A stretch of DNA of 53,894 nucleotides, from contig JAGLPV010000027.1 of assembly GCA_023137195.1 (NCBI GenBank), positions 1 to 53,894 on the forward strand, given 5' to 3'. Numbering within the stretch: the first letter of the stretch is position 1; each line of letters begins with the position of its first letter. The position numbers and the translations under genes were made by a program. Below are positions 1 through 10,563 of the stretch, piece after piece. The notes beneath the pieces were generated by a model. It saw only the letters and a program-made list of their open reading frames with translations, had not been told where the DNA came from and did no database searches. Origin of the DNA: Candidatus Aenigmatarchaeota archaeon. GTDB taxonomy: Archaea; EX4484-52.

Positions 1-387
1 GGGTTGACTGCATTGCAGTTTCACGGGAATGAATCACCGCAATACTGTTCAAAGTTCAAAAATGTCATAAAGGCAATCAGGGCAAAGGATGAAATTAATT
101 TTGGATTATTGGCAGATTATGAACATTATGTCTGTGCCTTTCTTTTTGATACATATTCAGAGAAGCAAAATGGCGGTACAGGAAAGGCATTTGACTGGAA
201 TGTATTAAGGAGAATAGAAACAAAAAAACCAATAATCCTTGCGGGAGGCATAACAATAGAAACTATTGCTGATGCTATACAAAAGGTAAAACCATATGCA
301 ATTGATTGTGTAAGCGGGACTGAAACAAGCCCCGGCAAAAAAGACTATGAAAAAACTAAAAAAATAATAGAGGTGTGTAAATTATGA
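1..387 (+). CDS. trpF: N-(5'-phosphoribosyl)anthranilate isomerase, 5' end outside window
   Basis: Motifs [23 protein letters not shown] and ID(C)VSGTE..PGKKD. The stop overlaps the trpB start (ATGA). Confidence 0.95.
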   Translation, partial: GLTALQFHGNESPQYCSKFKNVIKAIRAKDEINFGLLADYEHYVCAFLFDTYSEKQNGGTGKAFDWNVLRRIETKKPIILAGGITIETIADAIQKVKPYAIDCVSGTETSPGKKDYEKTKKIIEVCKL

Positions 388-1562
388 AATCAAAAGGAAA
401 ATTCGGAAAATACGGAGGCATGTTTGTCCCTGAGACATTGATGCCTGCTCTTGAAGAGCTGGAAGAAGAATACCTGAAATTAAAGGATGATGAAAAATTC
501 AAAGAGGAATTAAATGAATTGCTAAGGCAATATGCGGGTCGTCCGACGCCGCTTTACTTTGCAAAAAACATGTCCCGAAAATACGGATGCAAAATATATA
601 TTAAGCGAGAAGATTTGCTTCATACAGGGGCGCATAAGATTAATAATACTTTAGGGCAGGGGCTGCTTGCAAAACACATGGGGAAGCCCAGACTGATAGC
701 TGAGACCGGAGCAGGACAGCACGGCGTTGCGACTGCTGTTGTAGGAGCACTGCTTGGAATCAAGACTGAAGTCTTCATGGGTGTTGAAGATATTGAACGC
801 CAGAAACTCAATGTATTTAGGATGAAATTATGCGGGGCAGAAGTAATTCCTGTAAGCTCAGGAGCAGGGACACTCAAAGATGCTGTGAATGAGGCTTTGC
901 GCGACTGGATTGCAAATGTCAAAGATACTTATTATGTACTCGGCTCTGTTGTAGGACCACATCCTTACCCGACACTTATCCGTGATTTCCAGAAGATAAT
1001 TGGGGAAGAGACAAAAAGACAGATTATGGAGATTGAAGGAAAATTGCCAAAAGCTATTGTTGCCTGTGTTGGTGGAGGTTCGAATGCAATAGGAATGTTC
1101 TTTGATTTCCTTGACGATAAAGAGGTAGAATTGCATGGTGTTGAGGCGGCAGGGCTGGGACTGGACACTCCAAAGCACGGGGCATCCCTGTGCAAAGGGA
1201 ATGCAGGGATATTGCACGGTTCTCTTTCTTATTTATTACAAAACAATGAAGGACAGATAACCGAAGCTTATTCAATTTCCGCGGGTCTTGACTATCCTGG
1301 TGTTGGTCCTGAACACAGTATGTTAAAGGAAAAGAACAGGGTGAAATATTCTGCTATCACAGACAAGGAAGCATTGGACGCATTCAAAGAGTTTTCTACG
1401 ACTGAAGGGATAATCCCTGCGCTTGAATCAGCGCATGCAGTGGCTTATGCCATCAAAATCGCCGGTGATTTGAAAAAAGACGATGTCCTTGTGATAAATC
1501 TCTCCGGGCGGGGAGATAAGGATATGCACCTTGTTGCAGAAGCATTGGAGGTGAAAATATGA
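384..1562 (+). CDS. trpB: Tryptophan synthase beta chain (TrpB1 type)
   Basis: [14 protein letters not shown] (PLP lysine), [39 protein letters not shown]. Confidence 0.98.
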   Translation: MKSKGKFGKYGGMFVPETLMPALEELEEEYLKLKDDEKFKEELNELLRQYAGRPTPLYFAKNMSRKYGCKIYIKREDLLHTGAHKINNTLGQGLLAKHMGKPRLIAETGAGQHGVATAVVGALLGIKTEVFMGVEDIERQKLNVFRMKLCGAEVIPVSSGAGTLKDAVNEALRDWIANVKDTYYVLGSVVGPHPYPTLIRDFQKIIGEETKRQIMEIEGKLPKAIVACVGGGSNAIGMFFDFLDDKEVELHGVEAAGLGLDTPKHGASLCKGNAGILHGSLSYLLQNNEGQITEAYSISAGLDYPGVGPEHSMLKEKNRVKYSAITDKEALDAFKEFSTTEGIIPALESAHAVAYAIKIAGDLKKDDVLVINLSGRGDKDMHLVAEALEVKI

Positions 1563-2344
1563 GCCGGATTGCAGAAGTATTTGCAAAGAAAAAAGCATTT
1601 ATTCCATTTACTGTGGTCGGCGATCCAGATTACGAGACTTCAAAAAAAATAATCAAGACCATGATAGATTCAGGCGCGGATATGCTTGAACTCGGTTTTG
1701 CTTTTTCAGACCCGGTTGCCGACGGTCCCACAATACAGTTTGCAGACAACAGGGCGCTTGACAGCGGAATGAAAGTTGATTCTGCATTCAGGCTGATAAA
1801 AGAGATAAGAAGGGATTATTCTGATATTCCTATCGGGCTTTTGGTATATGCTAATCTGGTGTATAATAGAGGTATAGATAAATTCTATTCTGATGCGCAT
1901 GATGCAGGAATTGATGCTGTGCTTGTGGCAGATATTCCTTATGAAGAGGCAAAAGAATATGTTGAAGCGGCGGATAGAAATGATGTTGCGCCTGTGTTTA
2001 TTGTTGCGCAGACAACTACAGATGAGAGGTTTTCCCGGATACTTAAAATAGCGAAGGGGTATATCTATCTTGTGTCTGTTCTGGGGGTTACCGGGGCAAG
2101 AGGTAAAGTTGAAGAAGGGACATTGGAGTTGGTTAAAAAGGTGAAGTTGCAGACTGACCTTCCTGTTGCTGTTGGGTTTGGTATTTCTAGTAAAGAGCAG
2201 GCGAAGGAGATTATCTCTGCCGGGGCAGATGGAGTGATTGTCGGGAGTGCTATTGTTAAGATTATCGAGAGGAATTTGGATGATGTTGATGGGATGCTTA
2301 GAGAGATTGGAGGGTTTGTTGGAGAGATGAAGGAGAGTATTTAG
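1559..2344 (+). CDS. trpA: Tryptophan synthase alpha chain
   Basis: [42 protein letters not shown] overlap with trpB. Confidence 0.98.
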   Translation: MSRIAEVFAKKKAFIPFTVVGDPDYETSKKIIKTMIDSGADMLELGFAFSDPVADGPTIQFADNRALDSGMKVDSAFRLIKEIRRDYSDIPIGLLVYANLVYNRGIDKFYSDAHDAGIDAVLVADIPYEEAKEYVEAADRNDVAPVFIVAQTTTDERFSRILKIAKGYIYLVSVLGVTGARGKVEEGTLELVKKVKLQTDLPVAVGFGISSKEQAKEIISAGADGVIVGSAIVKIIERNLDDVDGMLREIGGFVGEMKESI

Positions 2345-2372
2345 AAAAGTTGGTTTGATGTGCCCTATTAGT

Positions 2373-2402
2373 AGATTAAACGTAATAAAGTACGTTTAAT
2401 CT
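2373..2402. repeat. Perfect 12-bp inverted repeat with 6-bp spacer (terminator, operator or recombination-type site)
   Basis: AGATTAAACGTA-ataaag-TACGTTTAATCT, 29 bp downstream of the trpA stop. The repeat is certain, the function is not. Confidence 0.6.
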
Positions 2403-2518
2403 CTTGTTAATTGCAATTTTTGAATTACTTAACAAAAGAAAAAGAGGGGATAGTCTTTCAGACATCTACACTCACTTCGTTCGAAACATTTATATTAAAG
2501 TTTGTATTTAGATTAATT

Positions 2519-3823
2519 ATGAATCCTTTTGAAAATTATCTTGAATTTGAAACTCAGTTCATTGAATTTCTTAAAACCAATCTAAAGAGATATTTAACTA
2601 TCAAAAAACAAAAAACAAAAATTGTTTTAAAATTAATTAACAAAAAAAGTCGAAGTTCATATCTGACGATAAAATTTTTAGAAGATGTTTTTACCCAAAT
2701 CAAAACAAAACAAATTGCTGATGAAACAATTCTGTATGATAAGAATAATTATGAAATATTAGTGCAAAGAAATGTAGTCATGGGTCCTATGTTTATGTCT
2801 TTTGATGAAAAACAATTTGAAAAAGAAGATAAGATAAATAATTTAAGCTATGATTTATCAAAACCATCTATAGAATATCTGTTATTTTTATTTATTAATT
2901 CAGTAGAAAGTAAAGAAATTATTCTAAGAAGATTTAGATTAGAAGAAGATATAGAAAATATTATTTCCAAAAATAAAAAGGATGGTGAACTAATTACAGA
3001 GTTAGGATTAATAATTCCACGAACAATGACCTTGAGAATTTCTTCTAAAGAAGAACGAACTTTAAGTTTTTTTGAAGATATTTCTGATTCTTTTTTGTTT
3101 TCTATTGCATATAATTCTAAAAGGTCATTTCTAAAGGTAAAGAATATTATGAATGACTCAGAAAATAGGGAATTGAGAAGAATGCAAATGCGTAGGAGAA
3201 GAACTATAGACGAAATTGAAGCACCCAAAAGAACATATATTCGTGACCTATTAAGTCATTATCAAATGGCTATTGCTGTTAGAATTCCATGTCAACAATA
3301 TTTATCCTTTTTTCATATTCTTGAACATTTTTTTGAAGAAATATACAATGATGAACTTATATCAGAAGTGAAAAAGACAATCACTATGCCGGATTTCTCA
3401 TACAAAAATAAAAAAGAAATTGAAAAATTAATTAAATTAATAACAAAAAAAGTAAAAATAAAATATGATAATTATGAAATAAATGAAATTGAAGCTTTAA
3501 ATTTAGTTTTAATAAAACACATAAATCTCAATAAGTTAAAAAATTCTTTAGATAAAGAAAGAGTAAGTTTATTAGATCATTATAAAACTAATAAAGTCTC
3601 ATTTTCTGATGGAAAATGTATTGATTTTTCAATGAATCAAGAAACAGTTTTTAAACAAATAGCAGATAGGTTATACAAAACTAGAAATTCAATAGTACAT
3701 AGTAAAAGTGGTAATAAAAATAGATTTAGACCTTTTAAACATGATTCAATCCTAATTAGGGAACTACCTTTAATTCAACATATTTCTGAACAAATTATTC
3801 TAGCAACATCTGAAGAATTTTAA
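2519..3823 (+). CDS. HEPN-motif protein (ApeA-like architecture), putative defence ribonuclease
   Basis: C-terminal RNSIVH (RxxxxH) preceded by the helix YLSFFHILEHFF. Very AT-rich. Start moved from TTG 2411 to ATG 2519 because a TTTATA box lies about 25 bp upstream. Confidence 0.75.
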   Translation: MNPFENYLEFETQFIEFLKTNLKRYLTIKKQKTKIVLKLINKKSRSSYLTIKFLEDVFTQIKTKQIADETILYDKNNYEILVQRNVVMGPMFMSFDEKQFEKEDKINNLSYDLSKPSIEYLLFLFINSVESKEIILRRFRLEEDIENIISKNKKDGELITELGLIIPRTMTLRISSKEERTLSFFEDISDSFLFSIAYNSKRSFLKVKNIMNDSENRELRRMQMRRRRTIDEIEAPKRTYIRDLLSHYQMAIAVRIPCQQYLSFFHILEHFFEEIYNDELISEVKKTITMPDFSYKNKKEIEKLIKLITKKVKIKYDNYEINEIEALNLVLIKHINLNKLKNSLDKERVSLLDHYKTNKVSFSDGKCIDFSMNQETVFKQIADRLYKTRNSIVHSKSGNKNRFRPFKHDSILIRELPLIQHISEQIILATSEEF

Positions 3824-4050
3824 CACCCCTCTTTTGCAGAATTTCCTTTTAACAGAGATTTAACCAATAAATTTGAAGGTTCCGGAAACAATTTTGCTCT
3901 TTCATCCCTATAGACCGTAGCTTGACTATTGGTGTCCATCCCTAACGCGAAATCATCAACATAACCAATAAATGTAGTGCTATTATCTCCAACTGCTTTT
4001 CCCGGTTCTGATGCAGAACTACAGGACAAAGAGTAAACAATTCTATCTTT
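3820..4050 (-). pseudogene. Internal fragment of a conserved hypothetical protein gene (possibly caspase/gingipain-like fold)
   Basis: The frame reads KDRIVYSLSCSSASEPGK...TFIGYVDDF...AKLFPEPSNLLVKSLLKGNSAKE. This resembles the middle of a family I recall from DPANN/CPR genomes. There is no ATG start, and it ends at the HEPN gene stop. Confidence 0.55.
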
Positions 4051-4085
4051 AATAAATGAATCAAAATTTATAATTGCTTTTAGAT

Positions 4086-5708
4086 TTAATCAGATACACT
4101 TCCTGCGCATGCACCATAAAGCCATTGCTTTGTTTGATCATATTCTGTATAACCCCTCCTTATACTGGTGCAATTTTTGAACCCTATATAAATCATGGAT
4201 GGAGTGCCCTGTAGATTATATTTTTTAAAATCATCACTTTCTGCTACATTTATCCTTTCAACAGTCATATCTTTAAAATTTTCTTCAATTTCTGCAATGA
4301 TTGGTTCCTGCTTATCGCAGTACGGACAATTATCATTATAGAAATATAATAATCTGCCATTAACATTACGCTCAGTGACCGGTTTTGTTTTTTCATTAAT
4401 AATCATATTGCCTTCTGCATATCTATAACAGTGCTCTTTTCTTTCACTGTTTGTTATTTTTTCACATAACGTACTATCCTGAAGATTTCTTGCAAGATTA
4501 ACATAACAATTCTCTTGCCTGTCCGAATCAACTATATTTCCACATAAAAGTCCATCTTTATTTGCTGATGCGGCAACACGATAACACTCATCTTTTCCAT
4601 CACTGTCGGTTGCTTTTTCACAGATACTTATGTCGCCGATAACAGCAAAATAACATCCGGGTATTTCTTCCTCATTTTTTATATTATCACAATAACTGGT
4701 GTCTTTGGTTATTTTTGCAGCCTGAAAGTAGCACCCCGTATGCCAATGATCAGTGGCTTCTATCCTGTCGCATATGCTAAAATCATTTGAGCCCAGAGCC
4801 ATATTAAAGTAGCATCTCCCCGGGGTGTCTCCTTCTTCGTAATCTATTCTTTCACAATAATCAACATCTTTATTTGCTACTGCAATCCCTCTAAAACAGC
4901 CTTCTCTTTTACGCGTGTCTGTTTGTTTCTCACACTCTTCAGGAGACGGAATATACCTTCCCACTTTTATTTCTGAAAACTGTTTAAGCAACGTAAGCCC
5001 CTTGCCTTTACAGCTTTTGTAAAGGTCGTCACTGTTTTCGGGATTAAATGTCGCATAATTATCTAATTCACATGTCAAATGAAGATCATCATTATGATAA
5101 AATTTAATAATGCACTTTTCATTTTGTAGCCCTTCAATTGTTGCAGTGGTCTCTTCATTAGGGTTACCTATTGCTGGTTCGCAAGTCTTTAACGCTTCTT
5201 CCCAGCACTTGCTATCAGCACCGCAATTAATATACTTCTTTTCAATTTCATCCATGCTGCCTTCAAGAGCACCTATCATACTGGATATCCCTCTATCATA
5301 GTCTTGGTTTTCGTTGTTCTGCAGTTTCTGCTTCCATGTTTTTAATTTGGCATTATGGCTTTGAATAGATTTGTTCAATTCATGAATATCTTTTATTTCC
5401 ATGTTTTTAATTGAACTCTCAAACTTTTCAATCTGTTTTTGTCCTTCCAGTTCTGCTTTTTTTACTTCTGCAGTTTTGTTCTTTTGGACCATCATGTTCA
5501 TCTCAGCCGCCCTTTCCTGCATTATATTTAATCTAATTTTGGCTTTACCTAAAGAACTTGGAGTAAAAAATACCTTTGCATTATCAAAAAAAACATCTAA
5601 TTTATAGAAAATACTATCTGGTGTTATGCCTGCTTTTTGTTCTTCATCCTGCGCAAAAACGCAGGGGATAAGCAATGTTAAAATCAATAATGTTATTATT
5701 TTTTTCAT
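4086..5708 (-). CDS. Secreted protein: DUF5667-like N-domain, Cys-rich tandem repeats, C-terminal thioredoxin domain
   Basis: Signal peptide MKKIITLLILTLLIPCVFA; AGITPDSIFYKLD; about seven 20-28-aa repeats (C..I......CY..A....D...C); thioredoxin FYNDNCPYC...GTP. Confidence 0.8.
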   Translation of the reverse strand: MKKIITLLILTLLIPCVFAQDEEQKAGITPDSIFYKLDVFFDNAKVFFTPSSLGKAKIRLNIMQERAAEMNMMVQKNKTAEVKKAELEGQKQIEKFESSIKNMEIKDIHELNKSIQSHNAKLKTWKQKLQNNENQDYDRGISSMIGALEGSMDEIEKKYINCGADSKCWEEALKTCEPAIGNPNEETTATIEGLQNEKCIIKFYHNDDLHLTCELDNYATFNPENSDDLYKSCKGKGLTLLKQFSEIKVGRYIPSPEECEKQTDTRKREGCFRGIAVANKDVDYCERIDYEEGDTPGRCYFNMALGSNDFSICDRIEATDHWHTGCYFQAAKITKDTSYCDNIKNEEEIPGCYFAVIGDISICEKATDSDGKDECYRVAASANKDGLLCGNIVDSDRQENCYVNLARNLQDSTLCEKITNSERKEHCYRYAEGNMIINEKTKPVTERNVNGRLLYFYNDNCPYCDKQEPIIAEIEENFKDMTVERINVAESDDFKKYNLQGTPSMIYIGFKNCTSIRRGYTEYDQTKQWLYGACAGSVSD

Positions 5709-5881
5709 TTTCTGCCTCTTACTTCTAATTAAATCTTAGAGTATTTAAATGTTTCTCAAGTGTGTCGTCTGTGTTACATGATTTAATTTCCTCATGTATT
5801 TGATTTGGGGGAATTAAATCGGGATACTACAAACACAAAGACCATACATAAAATATATAAATCACAAATTTATAGAATATC

Positions 5882-7474
5882 ATGAAAAAAATTATCATTT
5901 TCTTATTTTTACTAAATTTTATTTTTATCTCCGGTTGTGTCGAGAATATCGAATGCAATAAACCATACATCCATCACGGAACCGAATGTTGTCTTGACCA
6001 AAACAGCAATAATATTTGTGATGTTGATGAAGGCAGGCAAGGAACCACAAATAATGCGCCAACAGCAAACGACATGACCGTTGCCAAGCAAGCATACACA
6101 GATGCGTATGACAACTACAACAAACTACTCTGGGAAAAAGGCAGCACTTCACCGGAAACAAAAGAAGCACTAAAAGACTACGGAAAGAAATATGACTATT
6201 ATATGTCCTTGAAGGACAAGCAGGATAAATATTCATATGAAGCAGAATTTAATCATAATCAATTAAACCAGGATGAGAAGGACGTATTCGACCTACCAAA
6301 AGCAGGAGGAACACTCTTTGAGCTGGAAGATGCTTACGGTTTAGAACTTATTGATTTTGACGGGGAATATTCTTTGTTTATGCGCGAGGAAGCAAGAGGA
6401 CCTCAATTGGATTATGGAACTCCTAAACCGGAACTTTCCTGGAGGAAACTTGAGACATTGTATCGCCATAATTACTCCGGTCATGGTTTGAAGAATCTTC
6501 CCATGACCACTATTGATGATACAGGAAGGGAACAGGCAATTCGTCATCTGTTCGGGGAGATTTCGCAGGGAAAGATTTACTGGGAACGACCGGGCGGGCA
6601 AATTTATGAAGATGATGCTTCAAGCCCGATTGTTTTCCAGCTAGAAAAACCATTAGAATCAATAGGATTTGTATTTGATGTGAATCCTAAGTATTTTGTC
6701 ATTACGACAAGACCGCCGGCACAGACACGTGACGGTTATATGACCGGATGCGACAATATTTATCTCTATAATCGTACAACACAGAATTACAGGATATTAA
6801 CAGATAATCCGACATTTGAATTTGCAACCCCGGCGAAATGTTCAGTCAGGAAGGAAACTATTGAACTTCACGGGAATATTACTACATGGGATGAATATCT
6901 CTTTGAAAAGCCGCTTTCCGATGTCAACCAGGATATCAAAGGCATACGGGTATTTGCTTATGTGGCAGGTACGGGACAACCTTTACTTATGTTCGAGAAT
7001 AATGTTTCCCGGTTCAAGCATTATGATGTAACCGGGGATTACTTTGTTTATCTCAACCAGGGAGAGACCGGTGTAGATATGGGAGATCTGCGGATGAAGT
7101 ATATTGACCCAAATCGACTGGAAGAGTCTGAACTTCTTGTCAGGTACGCTGATTTCAAGTCGAAAGATCCTTTGGATGCATCCAAGAGCAAAGGGGCGTA
7201 CAAGAAATTCATAATTGCAGCAACAGGTAATAAAGTTGCATTTGCTGTTGAATACAATTCAAACATCGGAAGAGATACTAAGAATAAAGCAGGTCTGTTC
7301 TTACATGACATTGAAACAGGCAAGACAGAACTCATCTATGAAAAAGAGATGGCAAGAATCTCAACAGTCCTTGCAGAGAACGGAAGAGTTGTCTTTAGCA
7401 TCGCAGATATAGACGAGTATGGCACTACCACAAAATGGACAAGACATCATTATGTTTTTGAGATTGACATATAA
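5882..7474 (+). CDS. Putative lipoprotein with Cys-rich N-terminal motif and beta-rich C-terminal region
   Basis: Lipobox-like FISGC; CNKPYIHHGTECCLDQNSNNICD; long ORF with a TATA box about 25 bp upstream. Confidence 0.75.
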   Translation: MKKIIIFLFLLNFIFISGCVENIECNKPYIHHGTECCLDQNSNNICDVDEGRQGTTNNAPTANDMTVAKQAYTDAYDNYNKLLWEKGSTSPETKEALKDYGKKYDYYMSLKDKQDKYSYEAEFNHNQLNQDEKDVFDLPKAGGTLFELEDAYGLELIDFDGEYSLFMREEARGPQLDYGTPKPELSWRKLETLYRHNYSGHGLKNLPMTTIDDTGREQAIRHLFGEISQGKIYWERPGGQIYEDDASSPIVFQLEKPLESIGFVFDVNPKYFVITTRPPAQTRDGYMTGCDNIYLYNRTTQNYRILTDNPTFEFATPAKCSVRKETIELHGNITTWDEYLFEKPLSDVNQDIKGIRVFAYVAGTGQPLLMFENNVSRFKHYDVTGDYFVYLNQGETGVDMGDLRMKYIDPNRLEESELLVRYADFKSKDPLDASKSKGAYKKFIIAATGNKVAFAVEYNSNIGRDTKNKAGLFLHDIETGKTELIYEKEMARISTVLAENGRVVFSIADIDEYGTTTKWTRHHYVFEIDI

Positions 7475-7503
7475 CTAAAAAGAGAGTTTAATACAACAGA
7501 TAC

Positions 7504-7887
7504 CTATTCAATATGAGGGTTCACTTCTTTAACTTTTTCAACAAAGGATTTACCCTCCTTCATGTATATCTGCGCATTCTTTGATTTGAACATTTTCTTA
7601 AGGAAGCCGGCTCCTTCTTTTGCCGTATTTGCATAAATTATAAATTGTTTCATTAAAGGCAATTTAGATATTTTCTTTATCTGTGAAACCTCAACATCGT
7701 ATCTCTTTTTCGCTGACCTGAGGAATCCTTTTTTTGAGACGAAAATTAATTTATCCTTTGTTAAAATAACATAACCGGGATAATTAATGGCATCCTCTCC
7801 ATTGCACCCGTAATATTTTGCATCTCTCCAGTCAATGACATCTGATTCATCAATCCCGACTTTCTGTATTGCTTCTTTGTAAGCCAT
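7504..7887 (-). CDS. Small hypothetical protein, PH/GRAM-like fold
   Basis: PGYVILTKDKLIFVSKKG...YDVEVSQIKKI pattern typical of prokaryotic PH-like domains. Confidence 0.6.
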   Translation of the reverse strand: MAYKEAIQKVGIDESDVIDWRDAKYYGCNGEDAINYPGYVILTKDKLIFVSKKGFLRSAKKRYDVEVSQIKKISKLPLMKQFIIYANTAKEGAGFLKKMFKSKNAQIYMKEGKSFVEKVKEVNPHIE

Positions 7888-7911
7888 ATTAAAATAAAAA
7901 AAATAAAAAAA

Positions 7912-9420
7912 TTATTTTAATTTAAGCACATAAAAGTTTCCAAATCCTGTTTTTTCTTCCTGCACCAAAATAGTTTTTCCGTCGCCACTTGATGCTTCTC
8001 CACAATATGGACTAATGGTATTTACCAATCTAAAGCTAAGGTCCCGGTACTCTTGATGTTCATCTTCATGTCCGATTATCAAACTTTTAGATTTCCCCAC
8101 AGTATCATAACTACTAAAGCCAACTCTTCCGAAAATAACGTCGCCGTTATCAGACATGAAAGATCTCGGATACATATCAAAATCAAAGTCTACAACTTGT
8201 CCCGAGTTTACATTATAAGAAAAGTCAGGTCCGCTTCCCAATAGAATTATCTCTCCGTTATGAGCACCCACCAGACCGGCGGTATCTCCAAGTTCTTCGG
8301 ATAATCCAACTTTTTTGAACTCACCATTTTCAATAGAGTAAATTCCATCTATATTTTTATTGACTTGTCCTTCGAAATAAAGCTTTCCTGTTGCAGTATC
8401 CAGGCGCATATGGGTCATATAGATATGCGGATACTCTCCGGCTATGGTTTTTGCTAACATCACATGGTTGGATCCATCTAAGTTCATACTAAAAACAGCA
8501 GTATCTATCCAGTCTCTTGTATCTTCACCGTCTTTAACTAACTGTGCAGTATAATAAATTTTATTACCCTCAATATGGAAGTTAGAAATCATTGTTTCCT
8601 CGTACCCAGATGGTGCCGATAGCTTAATTAATTCAAAAGCTTTTGTCGCTGTATTTACTCTACTGAAATATATAGTATTAATAGAATCAGATACTATGAA
8701 GTAAACATACTTGCCATCATCAGATAAAGCAGTCGACCCCCTAATGTTAGACATATAATGATACTGCTTGTCTCCGTATACGACTGAAGGCACAGTTCCG
8801 CTTTCAAAAACTAATGTAGGATCATTCAAACCATTTGTGTTCGCAACATAAACCGCATTACGTACAGGATATGCTACATCGGCATCAACATATTTTGTAA
8901 ATCTGAAAAATGCAATTTTACTTCCATCGCCCGATATTGATGCATATGCCGGTATCCCGTGTATATTTTGATCATAGTTGGTTAATTGAGTGACCGACTC
9001 AAGCTGCGAACTTACAGGAGTCTCATCTGCAACATCTCCATCATCGGCTCCAACCTCCGCATCATCACATATATTATTCTGGTCATGATCCATGCAGCAT
9101 ACACCGTTTACTTTAGAATACGGGTAATCGCAAGAGTCTTCAGCAGGAGGTTCGGTGACAGGCGGTTCTGTAACCGGAGGGTCATTTGTGACAGGAGGTT
9201 CATTTGTACCCGGCGGTGTATCTAATTGTTCATCTTCATCGCAGATTTTATTTTGGTTTTGATCTAAGCAACAACCACTGCCTAATCTCATATATGGTTC
9301 ATTGCAAACCACTGTATTTTCTGAAATCGATTTACCCATCTTTTCAAGAGTACCATCATCCACACATCCGCTTAAGGAAACAACCAGAGCCAACAAAAGG
9401 GCTAAAATTATATTTTTCAT
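7912..9420 (-). CDS. Putative lipoprotein with two Cys-rich motifs, Pro-rich linker and TolB-like beta-propeller
   Basis: Lipobox-like SLSGC; two C.PY......CC.D...N.ICD motifs; (N/T)(E/D)PPVT repeats; ISGDGSKIAF, LSDDGKYVYF, SSGDGKTIL. ATG 9420 preferred over GTG 9429. Confidence 0.75.
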   Translation of the reverse strand: MKNIILALLLALVVSLSGCVDDGTLEKMGKSISENTVVCNEPYMRLGSGCCLDQNQNKICDEDEQLDTPPGTNEPPVTNDPPVTEPPVTEPPAEDSCDYPYSKVNGVCCMDHDQNNICDDAEVGADDGDVADETPVSSQLESVTQLTNYDQNIHGIPAYASISGDGSKIAFFRFTKYVDADVAYPVRNAVYVANTNGLNDPTLVFESGTVPSVVYGDKQYHYMSNIRGSTALSDDGKYVYFIVSDSINTIYFSRVNTATKAFELIKLSAPSGYEETMISNFHIEGNKIYYTAQLVKDGEDTRDWIDTAVFSMNLDGSNHVMLAKTIAGEYPHIYMTHMRLDTATGKLYFEGQVNKNIDGIYSIENGEFKKVGLSEELGDTAGLVGAHNGEIILLGSGPDFSYNVNSGQVVDFDFDMYPRSFMSDNGDVIFGRVGFSSYDTVGKSKSLIIGHEDEHQEYRDLSFRLVNTISPYCGEASSGDGKTILVQEEKTGFGNFYVLKLK

Positions 9421-9638
9421 ATTTACCACTTATTTATTATAATATATAGTATTATTTATTTATACAATATTTAAACCTTTCGGTGCATGGATACGACAAC
9501 TTTGAATTTTTCTTCACTTCTCACTAAAAATTAATCTCCATTAGGAGACAACTTAGATTAACAGTCCTGAAACCTTGTGGGTTTCTCCAATCTCCTATTC
9601 AAAACAAATATATAAATACCTCAACTTCTAATTATCCT

Positions 9639-10421
9639 ATGATAAAACTTACAGTACTCCACAACGAGTTAGAAACATTTGCAGAAGAAACATCCGGATT
9701 CAGCGTCTTAGTAGAAACACAAAACCTAAAAATTTTATTTGACGTATCTTATTCCAATGACATCATCAAAAATGCAGGAAGAGGAGGAATTGATTTAACC
9801 AATATTGATTACGTTGTTTTGAGCCATGGACACATAGACCACACCGAAGGATTGAGATTTATCGATTTTTCAAATATCAAAAATATATTAGCGCACCCGG
9901 ATTGCTTTGAAAAAAAATATTTCAGCGGGGGCGAGTACATAGGCATTCCATTGTTTTTGGATTATTTAAAGAGAAAAACAAATGTAATTTTGACAAAAGA
10001 ACCATACTGGATAGAAAAAGACGAACTCGTATTCCTGGGGGGGATTCCAAGAAAAACAGATTTTGAAGCAAAGGAACCTATAGGGTATTTAGAGAATGAA
10101 GACGATGATTTTGTTTTGGATGATTCGGCAATTGTTGCAAAGACAAGCAAAGGATTGATCATTATTTCCGGTTGTTCTCATTCGGGAATCTGCAACATAA
10201 TAAATTATGCAAGAGAAGTATGCAATGAAAATAAAGTTTATGTCGTTTTAGGCGGGTTTCATATGTTCAATGATGAAGTTACAGACAGGACAATAGAATT
10301 TATCAAAAATCATGATATAGAGAAAATTTACCCTGCTCATTGCCTGAACCAGTATGCTTTTGATGAGTTTAAAAAAATAGGGGGAGAAAGAATAAAAACG
10401 CATCAGGAATTGATTTTTTGA
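9639..10421 (+). CDS. MBL-fold metallo-hydrolase (7,8-dihydropterin-6-yl-methyl-4-(beta-D-ribofuranosyl)aminobenzene-5'-phosphate synthase-like)
   Basis: SHGHIDH, SGCSHSG, LGGFH and PAHC motifs. Confidence 0.85.
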   Translation: MIKLTVLHNELETFAEETSGFSVLVETQNLKILFDVSYSNDIIKNAGRGGIDLTNIDYVVLSHGHIDHTEGLRFIDFSNIKNILAHPDCFEKKYFSGGEYIGIPLFLDYLKRKTNVILTKEPYWIEKDELVFLGGIPRKTDFEAKEPIGYLENEDDDFVLDDSAIVAKTSKGLIIISGCSHSGICNIINYAREVCNENKVYVVLGGFHMFNDEVTDRTIEFIKNHDIEKIYPAHCLNQYAFDEFKKIGGERIKTHQELIF

Positions 10422-10563
10422 GTTCTACGCTAACACTAATTTATCCAAAAAGTAGTAATTTCTTTTTCACCTGATAAAACATAAAGGACAGTTAAAACTT
10501 CGTAAAAAAGATGTTATTTTCCCTCCATTTATCTTATAAAATTTTTTCCCAAGTATATAGACT

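Noticed and set aside
2460-2490. Integron attC-like site (CTCACTTCGTTCG) upstream of the HEPN gene
   Set aside because: No paired R''/R' boxes, no second copy and no integrase visible.
2411-2518. N-terminal extensions from TTG starts (also 22823-22921 and 34985-35038)
   Set aside because: Downstream ATGs fit TATA or SD positions and family N-termini better, and the extensions overlap promoters or neighbouring genes.
5780-5820. Hairpin GATTTAATTTCCTCA...TGGGGGAATTAAATC between divergent genes
   Set aside because: Single copy, unrelated to the repeat family, and no evidence to assign a function.
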